A stretch of 64,000 nucleotides of DNA. Source: Klebsormidium nitens (lineage: Eukaryota > Plantae > Klebsormidiophyceae). A model generated the notes under the pieces. That model saw only the letters and a program-made list of their open reading frames with translations, made no database searches and was not told where the DNA came from. Positions within the stretch are counted from its first letter, which is position 1. Each line of letters begins with the position of its first letter. The stretch is taken from the NCBI GenBank assembly GCA_000708835.1, contig DF237076.1, forward strand, positions 62,001 through 126,000, written 5' to 3'. Below are positions 44,542-57,900 of this stretch, piece by piece. The position numbers and the translations under genes were made by a program.

Positions 44542-47500
44542 ATGGCCGCTAAGGTCGTGCCAGGGGATGGCATGGACACAGACTATCTCAAGTCAACAAT
44601 TGGGAACGCTCTCTCCGAGGGGTGTGCCGCCACAGCTCTCGCACACCCCCCCGACCCGGTGGATTTCCTGAGCTCATGGCTGGTGCAATATGCTCGGAAC
44701 AAGAGCATAAGGGCGGGCATGGCGGAGGAAAAGAGGGAGGAACTAGAGCGGGAGAGACTTGCAAATGAGAGGGCAGAGGCGGAAGAGCGGGAAAAGAAGG
44801 ATAAAGAAATGTGGCGGGAGATGGGGCTCGAGCGGGTGGCGGGTTTTAGTGATGATGCATGGCTGATGTGGACAAGGGCGCTGGAAGAAGCGCGGAAGCA
44901 CACAGGTCAGCTGACTAGTTTGTATTTAACCCTGTTTGCTTTAGCAGCTGAAAGGGAATGCACGGGCAGATGCATGGTAAAAAAAGTTAAAAGCTTAGCT
45001 GAGGTAATGTGCAGAGCAGCTGGCTCTAGAAAGGCTAGTACCGCCGATGGTGAGCTTCTTCACCTGTTTGCCGCTGGCTGTTCTTACAAGTGCTCAGTCC
45101 TCTGTAAAGGGTCCTACAGTGCGGTTAAATCTTGGTCATAGAAAGGTGCATGTTTTCCGTGAACGCACAGACAGGTTCAATCTAACCAAGGGGCGCTTTT
45201 GAGTACCAAAAGCTGGATCCGTGTGTCGGGCAAACACCACTAATCAGGCAGCGACTGTGCTTTTTTCAGGCATAAGTGCCGCCTACGTTGCGGTGCTCGA
45301 AGAGGGATCCCCCGCGCCCGAGCCCACAGAGGACGGAGAGGAACCGGAGGAGCCCCCCGAGGAGGAAGAAGCAGAAGAGGAACAACCCGAAGAGGACGGG
45401 CCAGACGCCTGGTACAACGTCCCCGAGGAGAATCCCAACCCGGAAAAGCCGAGCACAGAGCCTGGGGAAGAGGAACCGGGGGAAGAGGAGAAAGCGGAGG
45501 AGAAAGAGGAAGGGGAGGAGGAAGAGGAGAAGCCAACGGGGCCGGATTATACGAGCACGCAGCTGTGGTATACGGTCGTGAACGGCGGGGACGAGCGGGC
45601 GATTCTCGGGAAGAAGCTGACGCGAGCTCAGGTAGCAGTGGAATCTGAGGGTAATGTAGAAGCTCGAGCGAGTTTGCTGCAGCTTTTATTGGACATACAG
45701 CAAGCTTCGGAAAAGTAAAGCAGGAAAATTGCAGAGGACATCTTGCAACAAGAGCGACGTCAAAGGCTTTGCCCTTCTTGTTTGAGGACAGTTCGTGGGC
45801 TTCAGGTTCTTGTGTCGACCTCTCAAAACGTCTCCCCAACCTTCACCGACTGAAGAGCAACTAGGAAACGGATCCTGATGGTTTCTCTTGCTGCAGGGAG
45901 GCGTGTCGTTTGAAGTGCTCGACCAGAATCTGCCTACGCTTCACGTTCCAAACGTGCTGTACAAACGAGGTAAGTAAACAGCAAAGGCGCATTTTTTGTT
46001 CTCCTTTCGCTTTCTTTAAGACCCGTTGACACGCCCGTTGATCGCTGTTTCCGCCTTCTTATTCTTGGGCCTGTTGTTTTGCTCGTTCAGCTCGTGTAGC
46101 ACACATCAAATTTGAGCCGCCTGCCCAATTCAGATGCTCAGTCGGTCTAAATGTTGGAATTGTCCATTCCGCGCCGATTAATGCTGCCAAAGCTGCCTTG
46201 TCTTACCTGCTAAGCCTTCTTACTCTCAATCAATCTGAAAGGTCAATCCTCGTGCCTTTCGGCTTCTTTGCTTCTGATGACGAGTTTTCTTAGCCGGATT
46301 CTATTGTTTGCCCGGAAATAATAAGGTAGATTCTTTAGAAGGGTCGGTAAGAGGTCGCGTTAGGTATCTTACTTACAGAAGTAGGTTGCGTTGACGGGCC
46401 AGATAACATACTTCGCATAATCCATGGCGAAATCTTCTTTGTGACAGGTGTGCATTTTTTCGGGGGGATGCCCCGCCTGGGCGCCCTCTTTGTCGCCGCC
46501 ATCCCCCCCTCGGCAGCCGACAAGCCCGTTCAAGCGCTCCTTTGTGCGGACACTCTGCGTACGGATCTGGGCGGCAGCGGACGTCCGCTCTCGGCCGAGG
46601 ACCAGGCGTTCTTGACCGCGCTCGCGGCTGCGATGGCGAGGGCGACCGTCGAAGGGGAGGCCAAGAGCGCGGAGGTCGCCGAGAATGTCAAGGCGCAGGT
46701 GGATATCCTCAAGGTGAGCTGGCGCATATAGAGATGCAGGCGAGCCTGTCGTATGCTCAACATTCAAGTTGGATCTCACGGTTTTCTGTCAAGAGCTTTG
46801 CTGAGTTCTCGGATGGAGAAGCAGAACAGCGGGCACCAGATCCGAGATCAACGAGTAGAATCCGAGGGGGAGGGCCCGAGTGTCAAAACGGGTCAGTTTC
46901 TGTCAGAGCACCCGCTTTCAAGCCCGGAACCTGGGACGGAGTCCGTTCTTGTCTTTGCAACGTGCCAAGTTTTACCCTGAGGTCGTGATTTGGAGTCCAC
47001 TTGGAACTCCTATGAATTACGAGTTGCAGGGAGGATTTCTTGGACACAAAAAACCCGTGTCGTTCAGCTCGGGAAGCGACGATTCCGAATTACAAGCGAG
47101 GTATCTTTTTGGCAAGTGTATGCCTTTCCACCTTCGGTTTGAACCTCGGACGGCGCTTGGAACCCCTTAAGAACAAAAGAGTTGCAGCGACGCTTTCACA
47201 GTCAAGAAGAACCGTGCCATTCAGTTTCAAGGTTCTACATAACGGGAATGCGAGCGAGGGAACAAGAACGTGATCACTTCCTTTTCTGTCACAGGCTGCT
47301 CTTTACCGTGTTCAAGAAGAACAGAAAGCCGCGGCCGCAGCGGCAGAAGAAGAGGGGGAGAAGGAAGAACCTGAGGAGGAGGCGGAGGAAGGCGCCGGTG
47401 GGTATTTGCTCACGAACTAATCTCCCTGGAGATGGCGTGTCGGAGTACAAACCCAGTCTGTCGTGAGATTCTAGTCGTGATATGCACTCTACCGAACAAG

Positions 47501-50052
47501 AGGCTGCAGTGATTCAAGCGAACGCATCATACATCATGCCTGTCTGCACGACCATCTCTAAGCTGAGACTCACTATTTCGTGATGCTTTCTGCAATTTTC
47601 GTCAAATGCAACCAAGCATTGCTCAGAACCCTCTTCAACCGCGGAAAGCCAAACACGCAGTTAACAAGATTCTGATCAAAAGAACTGGCCTTCAAACCGG
47701 TTTTCTTAGTCGATCATTTACGCAACCTCGCCCGCAGAAGCCCCTGCCGCCGCGGCCCCCGCGTCCACTCCTCTCACGCGCGCCGCGCTCGCGCTCTCCC
47801 AAACGCGCGCCGCGTACGCGGCCGCGGTTGCCGCGCTCGACGCAGTGCGCGCGGACGAGGTCGCGCGGCTCAAGCGTGCGGCCAAGTGCAGCCCAATGAT
47901 GCTGCGCGTTCTGCACGCGGCCGCGGCCGCGCTGGGCCGCGACGCGACAGCGCTGTGGCCCGACTGGAGCAGGGCGCGAGAGGATGTCAACGCTGACTTC
48001 GTAAAGGTGGGGCGCGCTTCGTTGAGAATTTTACCCCCCAGTTGCTAGTGATTCTCTTCTTTGAGTGCCCAGAAGGCGGGGGGAGCGTTAGAGTAGATAA
48101 CTGAATCATAGTGGGACGTACCTGGTCGACAAGAGTCACAGAGGAGGAAGGCCATAGAGTGCAATCTAACAGGGAACGCGAGTCAGCGCGCAGGACACAA
48201 AATCCGTCTGGCACACCGATTGAACGTTCCCTTTTTCTGCCCCGGTTTAGAAGCTAAGGAGGCAAGTCGTATCGAAAGAATGTCACCGCGTAACGTACAT
48301 TGGTCAGTCACCCAAGGACTTGGCCATGTAATTTTCCGACCAGGTTGCATAGAAGCACACAGGCATCATAAACGTCTAATAACGTTTTTACCAAGCTAGC
48401 TTACTTAGAAACGTGTCGACTTAGTATGTTCTATCTCCGCTATATGCAGGTTCAACAGACTTTAGGTTGAACAGACCAAGACGGCCACTCCATGTAATTT
48501 CCTGCTGAAATGGCTTACGAGAACAGGGGGTCTCTTTTGTAATATGAGTCGAGTCCCTAAGTCTGTATCGTAAGCGACTGAACTCTTTGATTTTGGTTGC
48601 AGACTTGCCAGGAGCACGACCCCGCAGGGAGCGCGGCTAACTGGAGTGCGATCCGACGGCTGCTCAAAGATATCGACGGCAAAGCGCTTCTGGCGGAGTC
48701 TCCGCTGGCATACGTAAGCTCTTGGACGCGGTGAATGTGGTGCAAGTCTTGGATGCAGTAGTTTCGCCCCGTTGAACCTTATCCATTTGGATTGCGGACA
48801 ATGCTGTGCTTGCGAAAGGTGTAATGAATGCATGGCGAATGAAGATGCCGGTTCTCTGTTTGATTACATGTCTTTCAATAGCTCAGGTCTTCTTTTGGAT
48901 ACTCGTTTTTGCGACCACCAAGGAAGAGGAAGGTATCAACATGGAAATTGCCTCCTCAATGACATCGTATTGCACAAGGTGCAGACGAAGATCTGCTGAA
49001 AGCGGATGCGGCCATCGGGTGTCAGCCTGATCGACGTCATGCTTCTGAAAAGTTGTGCATCACATCCTTGGCAAGCATAAAGTTTCAGCCGAAGAAAACT
49101 CGTCATCGCAATTCTCTTTACAAATCTGCGGCCGGCTTTAAGGACCTCCTCCGATTGTACCTAAATTTTATCCGAGGCGCCATACCATCTTTCTCTGAGA
49201 AGACGAATTGGGTAGCGCTCAAAGTGAAACTTGCACGCCGCCTTTGACACTTCAATTCTCTCTTGGCGACGAACCACTAACATCCGGTATTCTTGTCGGC
49301 AGGTGCTGTACCGGTGGATCCTAAGCTGCAAGTTCGTGGAGGTGGCGCACCGCGCCCATGTGACGGCGCAGGAAGAAGCCGACGCCGCGGCCGCCGAGAA
49401 GGTGAGCGCGCGCGGCCGCGAGCGGCTTTGTCGTGGACCAGCCCTTTCGGCAGGTAGCCAACGATAGATGGCCGGGGAATGACGGCTGCTCAGTCCTTCT
49501 GTATTGTTTTCATAGCGATACAGTAACGGTGGTTTCATGCTGCGGCTCTTTCGGTCGTCTCCCAATTGTTACAGAATGTCCGGGTGGGCTCCTGGAAATC
49601 AACAGTCCATACACTCGGACTAATTACAGCAGGATGAAAAATCTACAAGCTCGTTGGGTTGCTTTGTTCGTTCCGATAGGTGGAGCTGACCGGAATCGTC
49701 TGTTTCAAGAAGCGAGCTTCTGAGCGGCAAAGAACAGGACATGCATAGATATCTGAAATGCTCTCCTGGGCCCTCAGAGTTCAAAACGACCTTTCATGGT
49801 CGTTCCGTACTCCTGACGTGATTTGACCAATTCGACTCGGTCAATCTGCCATCAACTGACCAAACAATTGAATTTCTATAGGCACGCGAGGAGGCCGAAG
49901 CTGCCGCGGTCGCGGCCGCGGAGGCGGCTGAGGCAAAGGAAGAAGGCGACGAAGACGAAGAAGGGGAGGAAGATGACGAGGTTGATGAGCTGGCCAACAT
50001 GGGCGACTCCGACGAGAACCCAGGCCGGATGCGGTCGCCCACCGTTTTGTAG
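44542..50052 (+). CDS. RSP2: Flagellar radial spoke protein 2 homolog (Dpy-30 motif, GAF-like region, coiled coils). Exons 44542-44905, 45270-45631, 45897-45969, 46448-46713, 47295-47397, 47738-48006, 48603-48713, 49303-49401, 49882-50052
   Basis: N-terminal DTDYLKSTIGNALSEGCAATALAHPPDPVDFLSSWLVQY (Dpy-30). FEVLDQNLPTLHVPNV, VHFFGGMPRLG and ALLCADTL..GSGRPLSAEDQAF match my recollection of Chlamydomonas RSP2 (FRVLDEKLPMLYVPNV, ALLAADTL..GSGQPLSADDRDF). All junctions are GT-AG and phase-consistent. Confidence 0.85.
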
Positions 50053-50149
50053 ACACGTGGCGGAAGAATCTGGTTGCTGATTGGGCAATCAATCTCGTGG
50101 TCGGAACGCGATGCGCTTTCCGAAGATTACCTTACACGTGGATCGTGGG

Positions 50150-50773
50150 ATTAATAAGCAACCGCCTGGGTTGGTACGTGAGGAAGGCTTGGTTGACCTC
50201 TGTAAATCTGCATTCGTATACACCTTGTCAAACCATAAGCTGGCATGGCGCCCGGTACGGTGAATATTTACAGGCGCTGCCCACAAAACCCATCAAATCT
50301 CTGCTCACTACTGATCCAAGACTGTATAGGGACAACTTGCCCAGATTAGTTGCACGTTCAAGCACGTTTTCCAGTTCCACGTCACGCTGTTTGAGTTGCA
50401 CATATGAGCACCGGATGTCATTCTATGTTCAGAGTTTGGTGGCCGCGCCCAGGATACGTCGTTGATTCGGCACTGCCCTGACAGCATGTCTTGAATGATC
50501 TCTCGGGTCACCACTTAGATGCTTATCCGCAGTCATCGAGCCGCAACCGTTGAGATTGGATGATGATGTATACGTGCGACGTCGGCATGACATGCACCTG
50601 AGCTCAACCACCGAAGTCTGTGCATAGTTTCCCTGATTTCTGGATAGCTAGTCATTCGAGTAAACAGTACAAGGTAGAGAACACAAATCTGATGTATCTT
50701 TCGTCCGCAGAGGGTGACTATCATGCCGAAAGACATCCAACTAGCTCGACGCATTCGTGGAGAGAGGGCTTAA
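50150..50773 (+). pseudogene. Histone H3 relic: intact terminal exon 50711-50773 preceded by eroded H3-like sequence
   Basis: After the acceptor tttcgtccgcag the sequence reads RVTIMPKDIQLARRIRGERA* (exact H3 C-terminus). Upstream there are only fragments resembling KP..PGTV, LP..RLV and FK..FQ.H, with stops and indels. No intact upstream H3 exons found. Confidence 0.75.
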
Positions 50774-51943
50774 GCTGTGGGTTATTGGATGAGTGTTTTC
50801 TGACCCAATACTGCTTGTACTCTATAATGGATAAGCGACTGGCACATTCTACGCCTGGATGCTATATGGATAAAGACGGTCAACTAATTGATCCAAGTAG
50901 GAGGGTCAGCTCTTTCGCATGCAAGCCCGGCCTTTGCAAAGACGAAGCAGTTGTATAGCGCAAGGCCCGTGGTTCTAAGATCGGCCAGTGCACCTCAAAC
51001 GAAACCCTTGCCTCCTTCATGTGTAAGTGTTTCTCTGCCCAACGCGACGGCCACTGGGCCATAATTCTAGTAGGTATTCATGTAAGCGATTAATCCGGAT
51101 ACGTTGTCAGAAAGTTAATTCACTAATTACTTGTTTATCGAGCTTCAATGCCAGCTGACATGGTCGTATACGCGTGCAGTCTAGCTTAGTACGTATCCAT
51201 GACACGATTTGCGTGTCTATATGAATTCCAGGTTCTAGTTGTGGCGCGGCTCGCTCGGCTATGGGCCGTACCGTGTACGTAAAGATCTCCTAAGTCACTT
51301 GAAACCTCATGCAGATCAGACAATGTTGCACAAGACTGTTCTTTCGATTATGAGTTGTGCTCAGTCACATGTATTTGAGCACATCCAAATTAGTACTGGA
51401 TGATCGAATGGATTAGTAATTTGCATGCTCCGATCAGGCCGGAAACTCTCATGACCATGCATCAATCATTTCTACTACTCTGTGCATGGCAGCTAGCGAA
51501 GTCAGATAATGACTCGGACAATTCGTGCATAAATTCGGCCCATCAAGCGTGCATGTATCATTTGGTAAAACAAGCGTACGTCCAAATTGACGGAAGTTCC
51601 GATCCGATCGGCCCCTCGATCCGAGGCGGCCTCCGATGTGAGAATTCTCCCGGCGATGAGGCTCCTTTAAGAATCTCTACATTATGCGTTGCGGACGCGC
51701 GCACATGTGCCATTTTTGCACTCCTTTTTGGTGGACAAGTCAACCTTGGTGCACCTGGAAGTTGTAAAATACCCATACACGACTCAGGCAGACCTGGCCT
51801 GAACTTCGAAGGATTCGGGAAAGCACATGCCAAAACTCGTCACTTTCAATTGGAAGATACACTATAAGCAGAAGCAACCAGCTAAGGCCGGAGAGCATCA
51901 TGTCGCCCAGTCACTGATTTGTCATTGAAACTTTGACAAGCTC

Positions 51944-54900
51944 CTACAAGGACGTAGCCAGTCTCAATATCGCATTCTGCGGCGTCCTGGGCAGGAGTAA
52001 CGAAAGCAACGGCGCCTTCATCAGACCACCGAGATCCGCCCCACCGAATCGGCTCAACTCTTTTCGAGCTTGAGCGATCCGCCCAGCAGTCGGGAAATCA
52101 TGAAAAGAAAGATACAAACCCAGCGCAGCTTTTTGGTGGGGCCGACCGGAGAGGCTCGGGGTTTGGGGGTTTAGGTAAGCGGCGAGTGGCGATTCCGGGC
52201 CCTCCAGGTCCGCGGTTTCGAGCGCCATTTCGACGCGCTTATGGAGGGTGGCGAGGAAAGAGGGGCGGAGGAGTGGCGCGGTGTGAATGCTGGGGGGGTC
52301 CTCTGAGTGGTCGAAGCGGGAACAGTACCCCAAGGCAACCTGCAAATGGCGAGAGTCCGGCGACTGAGACGATCGGTCTTTGCGTGTTGGAAAGGGTTTG
52401 AATGGACTTGGCCCTCATAGGAACGCCGACGGATCCTGCGATGTAAGAGGTCGATTGGTCGCCAGCCTTTTCATATGACAAGACTTCTGGGCTCGACGAC
52501 GAGACAAAGGTGGCGGCCTGAAGCTCTTCACATTGCAGATGCAAAGAGTCGCTTTGGGCACTTGGAAGAGTCCGCTCAACTATGACGGTACCATTTGATT
52601 GGCTTGCGCACCTGATAGAAGACTCAGCAAGTCAGGGACGGAAAGTCCTGCCAGGCCTGTGGCCGAGCGAAAGCTATCCAGGCCCACTTTGCGCAAAGAG
52701 GCAACGAATGGTTGTTTCGCATCAAAACTCTCTCATTCAGAATCGAAGCAGCCACCACATTCACGTCCGCCAAGTCGAAGTGCACGACGCCAAGAAGAAG
52801 AGCACGACGTAACGAAAAGTTTCCCAAGCCTCTTTCACCAGACTTTCAATATAGACGACTGACCTTCAGATTCGCCACAGCCAGGCAATCCCGCCCATCC
52901 ACCGCTTCCCCCTCTGCGAGCCCTTTTGCAGTTCGATGCACTGACGTGTACAGATCCACGTAAGCTTGAACGGCGGCCGGCTTCTCTGACGTCATGCACT
53001 CGTCAAGGGTTTCGCAGCAGAAGGCGGCAAAGGCGCGGGCGTCCGGATCAGAGGGCGCGGACGTACAGAAGTGGTCCGCAAAGGCGAGCATGCTGGGGTC
53101 CGCCGAAAAGGCGGCCGCGGGGTCGTTCTGGGCGTCGGCCTGCCAAGCGTTGAAAAGTTCCCAACTTTTTGAGTTTTTGTCGCAGAGGTTGTCTTTGTTT
53201 TAGAAGTTGACGATGTCGGAACTTCCAGTCTCTCTGCGAAAAAGAGGCAGTGCAGAATGCATTACCGTCTATCTGAAGTATCACACAAAGACTCGCACTT
53301 TTCATTGGTCGAGTATCCTACTTTCCCATCCCAGCAGGGAATCAAGCGAGATTTTTCAAATCACGTGGCAGCGGGTATTACAAACTTGGAGGAATCTTGG
53401 GAGATTCAAATACGCACAGATAAGAGCTCAACAACAGAAACTACCCTCTGAAAACACGCCGGAGTCGACGCTACCTGGGTTTTTCGCGGCAGAAGCAAGC
53501 ACAGAAGCCTGTTGCGGACGCAGCTCGGACCCATCTCATCTGCCCCTTTCCATCAGTTTTAACAGACATACGGCGTTTTCAGGAGAGCCCGGCGGATCAA
53601 AAGCAAAGCACACCAGCACTTATTGCTGCGCCTCTCCCGGTTGCTCGAGTATGAGAAAAAGCCTGCAGCGGAGCCGTTCCAAGTCACCCCAGAATGAAGC
53701 AAAGACCCACTGCCGTTCACATGCCCCTCACCTCTCCTCCAGCCGCTGACATCGTCAGCGCACGCCTATGCGACCCCGCTGATGACGTCACCATCCCCGT
53801 CCCTGCGCCCGCAGCCCTGCGCTTCACGTACAGCGTCCGCATCCGCCCATCGATCGCGGCCAGGTCCGGGTCCTCGTCACGTGACCGCCTTAACCCCGCG
53901 GAACCCTCGTCCCGATTACGCGTAACCCTCGGGGTTCCACCGCCGCTGCCCCCCCCGGGCGTGCTCGGGTGCAGGCGGGCGGCTTTTGCGGCAACCAGCC
54001 CCTCTGCGACCGTGCCTAAACCGAGGCCAAGAGAGCGCCGGTCCTGATCGGAGAGGTCGGGGTGGGGGGGAATGTTGAGGTCCAAAGCGGACTGGCGCCG
54101 GGATGACGTGGCAGCCTCGGATTGGAGGTCGATCACGTGGGGCCAGTACCTGAAGGGACGGCCGAGGGGGATCATAAGCCAGCGCTCAGCAAAGTTGTGC
54201 TCGTTAACGATAGAGGGGACCTGGTTTGCTGCTACGGATGTGAGTCGCTGTATGTACCAGAAGAATCGAGCAATTAAAATCTGCGATTGTTTCTGGCAGA
54301 TGTTGCTTGCGGCCTGAGTCCTTCATTATGTAATTTCAAGAACGGACGTAGATCCAAGAACGGACGCGCACGCAATGCTTTTATTGCAGCGAGCAATCGC
54401 TTCCATCCACCGAACTCCAACAGCAGTTAGCAGAAAAAGGCGCCTGGCATTAACCGCTTGGTAACCCACCTGGGACCGCAAACCCTAACCCGCTTGAGGT
54501 GCGCGCGCTCTGGCAGCAGGCAGGGCGTCACTCGCGTGTACGTCGTCTCGGCACGGGCCCCGCCCTCGGCGACGGTGATTTCCAGCGGGACAAACACCGG
54601 CTGGTTCGTGTCGACATCCACGGCCTCCACGCAGCGGTCCTCGGTGGCGAGCACGTACAGGTGGCGGAACGCCTGGACGACACATGTCAGCTTTTGGGGG
54701 TGTGGAGAATGTAGAAGGGGCTCAGAAGGAGCTCGCAACCTTTGTCGGTATTTGACTCCTCTCGACAATCCTAGAGGTGGCAGAGACCCTCGGAAGGAGA
54801 CGTCTCAGACTTGAAGTTGGATAACTTGAGACTAAAATGAATCGAAGGCCAAAGAGGGCAAGCCTCTACCGCAAAGCCGTGCTCTGAGGGCATTCAGGAA

Positions 54901-57900
54901 ACGCAAGGAGTGAAGGACGAGACCTGAATTTGGGTATTTGGGTTTCATGGTTCAGAGTTCCGGCCTCGTTCGCGTCGACTTCGCTCCTTTCTGAGCATCT
55001 GGAGCGAGCAGATGAGAATGCGAAGAGAGAGCTCACGGCCTAAAAAATATAGAGCAAGCTCAAAACAAAAGCTCTTAGGTTTCTTTTGTGTCTTATGGAA
55101 TGACGTGTCGAAGCAAGAATTGAAACCATGAGGAGACAAAAGCAGACCAGCAGAATTTGAAGAAACTGCCGGTCGCTCTGCGGTTCGGACTGGTTGTAAT
55201 AACAGCACAAATCTGTCAGCGCCGACTTGGAGGCTTTTCCCCAAAAGAACAACCGCTACTCGGCAGCAGGCCCCGCCTCTCTACCCTGCCTTCTCGTGCC
55301 GAGCAAACGTCCTTCACGCTAGTTTTCTTTTGCATCCCAATGCGCTTGTCTCAGATCCTAGTTAGTCCCTTGATTGGTTAGCAACTTAGTTGGTGGTTGA
55401 TTTGTTAGTTAGTTACTTGGTTAGTCAGGTAGCTAATTGATAGGTTTGTTATTTAGTCACCGGGTGATGCCCCTTGTCCTACCTGCAGGTGACACCGGTG
55501 GTCATTTGGCGCCTGCGGGAAGCGCGGGTAGAGCGCGATCACGAGTGCCGCGGTCGCCTCGTTGCTCGTTGCAAACGTCCTCGCGCCGCCGCCCATGAAG
55601 AGGAACCCGAGGGCCATGCTGATCGCCATGTGGTTTCCGTGCGAGACCTCGCCTTCCCCGGGCATCCTTCGTCGCAGGTGGCGCAGCAAACGCAGCGTTG
55701 GCAGGTGCCCGGTTCCCGCCATGACCACGCTCAAGGAAAGGGCGGCCACGTTCAGGCACGTTTCGAGCGTGCCCCTGCAGAAGAAAGACTCTATCTTTGT
55801 CAGTCTAGGACTTTGTAAGGACGTTCGTGGTGGCTTGTTTGAGAATGCTCCTTCGCTAGCACTTGGGAAAGCTATGTAAAACTTTTCTGGTCGGAATTAG
55901 TCTTGGTTAGAGTTTCTTTGGAAACGTTCACTTCTGCTACGTGTCAAGAAGCAGCATTTTCAGTTGCTGACTGGAAGCGTGACTTGTGTGTCCGTCGTAC
56001 ACCGAGCGTCTTCCTGTGACGATGCAGGCTTTTAGCCTTTCACTGGCAGCACCCTGAGATTTTTGAGGTCTCGCTATCAACGCAAGGAACCACAAACCGG
56101 CGTACAAACACGAAATAGCTTGAAGGATTTGGGTCCTATGGCTGGTGAATTCCGGATCGACGATCCTAACCGTGTGAGCATCCCAAAGCTCGCTTGCAAA
56201 GAAGAAACGGAATGTGAAAGATCAAAACAATCGACACTCACTTGTCGACCCGCTTGCTGTCGCCAGACGAAACCGCGGGCGCGCCCCGCTTCTGCGCCAC
56301 AAACTGCATCGCATATTTGTACAGAATCGCGCGCGCATCCTCGTTCCCTGTCCCCGCAAACCGCAGTCCGATTGCAAAACACGCCCCCGCCAGGATGTTC
56401 ACGTGGGCTTGGGCGAGCGCCTCCGTATCCACCTCCCCCTCCTTCTCGTCGCTCTCTTCCTCGATCGTCGCGAACCTGCCTTTCCGTTCCACGTTCCGTT
56501 TGATGATAGCCGGAACCTGCGCCGCGACCCAGGCTTCGGTCGGGGCGACCCCGTCCCACAGGATTAAACTCCTCGCGAGCACTCGTAACAAAATAAAGTC
56601 CGGACGTACGTACTCCAAGTCGAAGTGCGTGTCCGGGATCTTCAACCGGGCAGCCACCGTCGTGTTGTTCGTTTTGAGGAACATCAGCGCGAGCGCGAGC
56701 GTCGCGCCCGGCGCAGTGACGTCAACATTTACCATATCGCCCTCCAGAATCTGTTCCCCGGTCGCCTCAAACTCGTCCGGTTTGGGCATCCCGAGCGCTA
56801 GCTCGCGCGCCCGCGAGCGCGTGCTTCGCTCGCTTCCCCCGGCCAGGTAATGGTGCAACCGGTCCTCGATGTGGAGGTCCGCTAACCCGACCGCCTCGTT
56901 ACCCCGTCCCAAGCAGACTAACCCGAGCGCTAACCCCGCGGACAGGGCGTAACCCTCGCGGTCGACAGCTGCGTCAATTCCAGGCTTGCGCCCAATTTCT
57001 GCAGAAGGAGGTGTGTCTGTCAGCCTGGAGGGCTTCGGAGGCAAAGGGTGCCTAGGAAGCTACTCTCAAGCGGAATCTAACCACAACGGTGGAAGGCTAG
57101 AAGCTCAGACTCTGCATACTGCCAAAAAGATGACCTTTTGAACAATCTTGAGGCCTTTGCATATCCGCCCTTCGCAGGCACTTACGAGCACCATATCCTC
57201 TCAGAAGGACCCGCCAAACCTGCTACGGGAATGGACTGCGTGATAGTCCGTTCGCCTCCGCACCGCCACACCCAGATTGGCGGTCACTGCCTCTCCGTTT
57301 CTTCTCCGGATAACCTCTCGCTACTGCCCCCATTCACGCTAACAGTGAGCGGAATTTTTCCCCCTCAAAATGCAGCACTGACCTGCTAATAGGATCTCCG
57401 TCGTTAGCCGGTGCGCCGACCCCTGGTACAGCAACCCAACCGCCATGAGCGCCGCCGACTGCACGAGGGGGGGTAGTTCCAGCTCCGGAAACGAGGGGGG
57501 GTGCCGCGCGGGGATGTGCAGGTACAGCATTTTGGAGATGACCGGATTGAGCGTGCCGCGGTGCGCTGCCGCCATTCCGAGGAGCACGCCAACGGTGGTG
57601 ACGTCATGCTCTTGCGCGAGGTAGCGGTAGATGTCGGTGGCGGCGAGGATGCGCAGGTGGCCCGCCAGGCCGAGCGCGAGGAGCACGCCGGCGTGGGAGG
57701 GGGTCGGGGTCTCGGGGGTGTTGTACGAGATCCACGTGCGCGTGATCTTGGCCTGCTAGGCGGAACGATATAGATGAGTATACTCGGCTACCATTAGCGA
57801 TCTCATCAAAAAGTCATACCCCTAAGGGAACAAAGAGCGAAGAGCCACTTTTCATTCTCGTTGGCAAAGGTCAGTGTTTCGCTGGGAGAAAATATATCTG

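Noticed and set aside
44906-45141. In-frame extension of RSP2 exon 1 (ORF to 45141)
   Set aside because: This is read-through into intron 1. The strong donor at 44905/44906 and the homology continuing at 45270 explain the gene.
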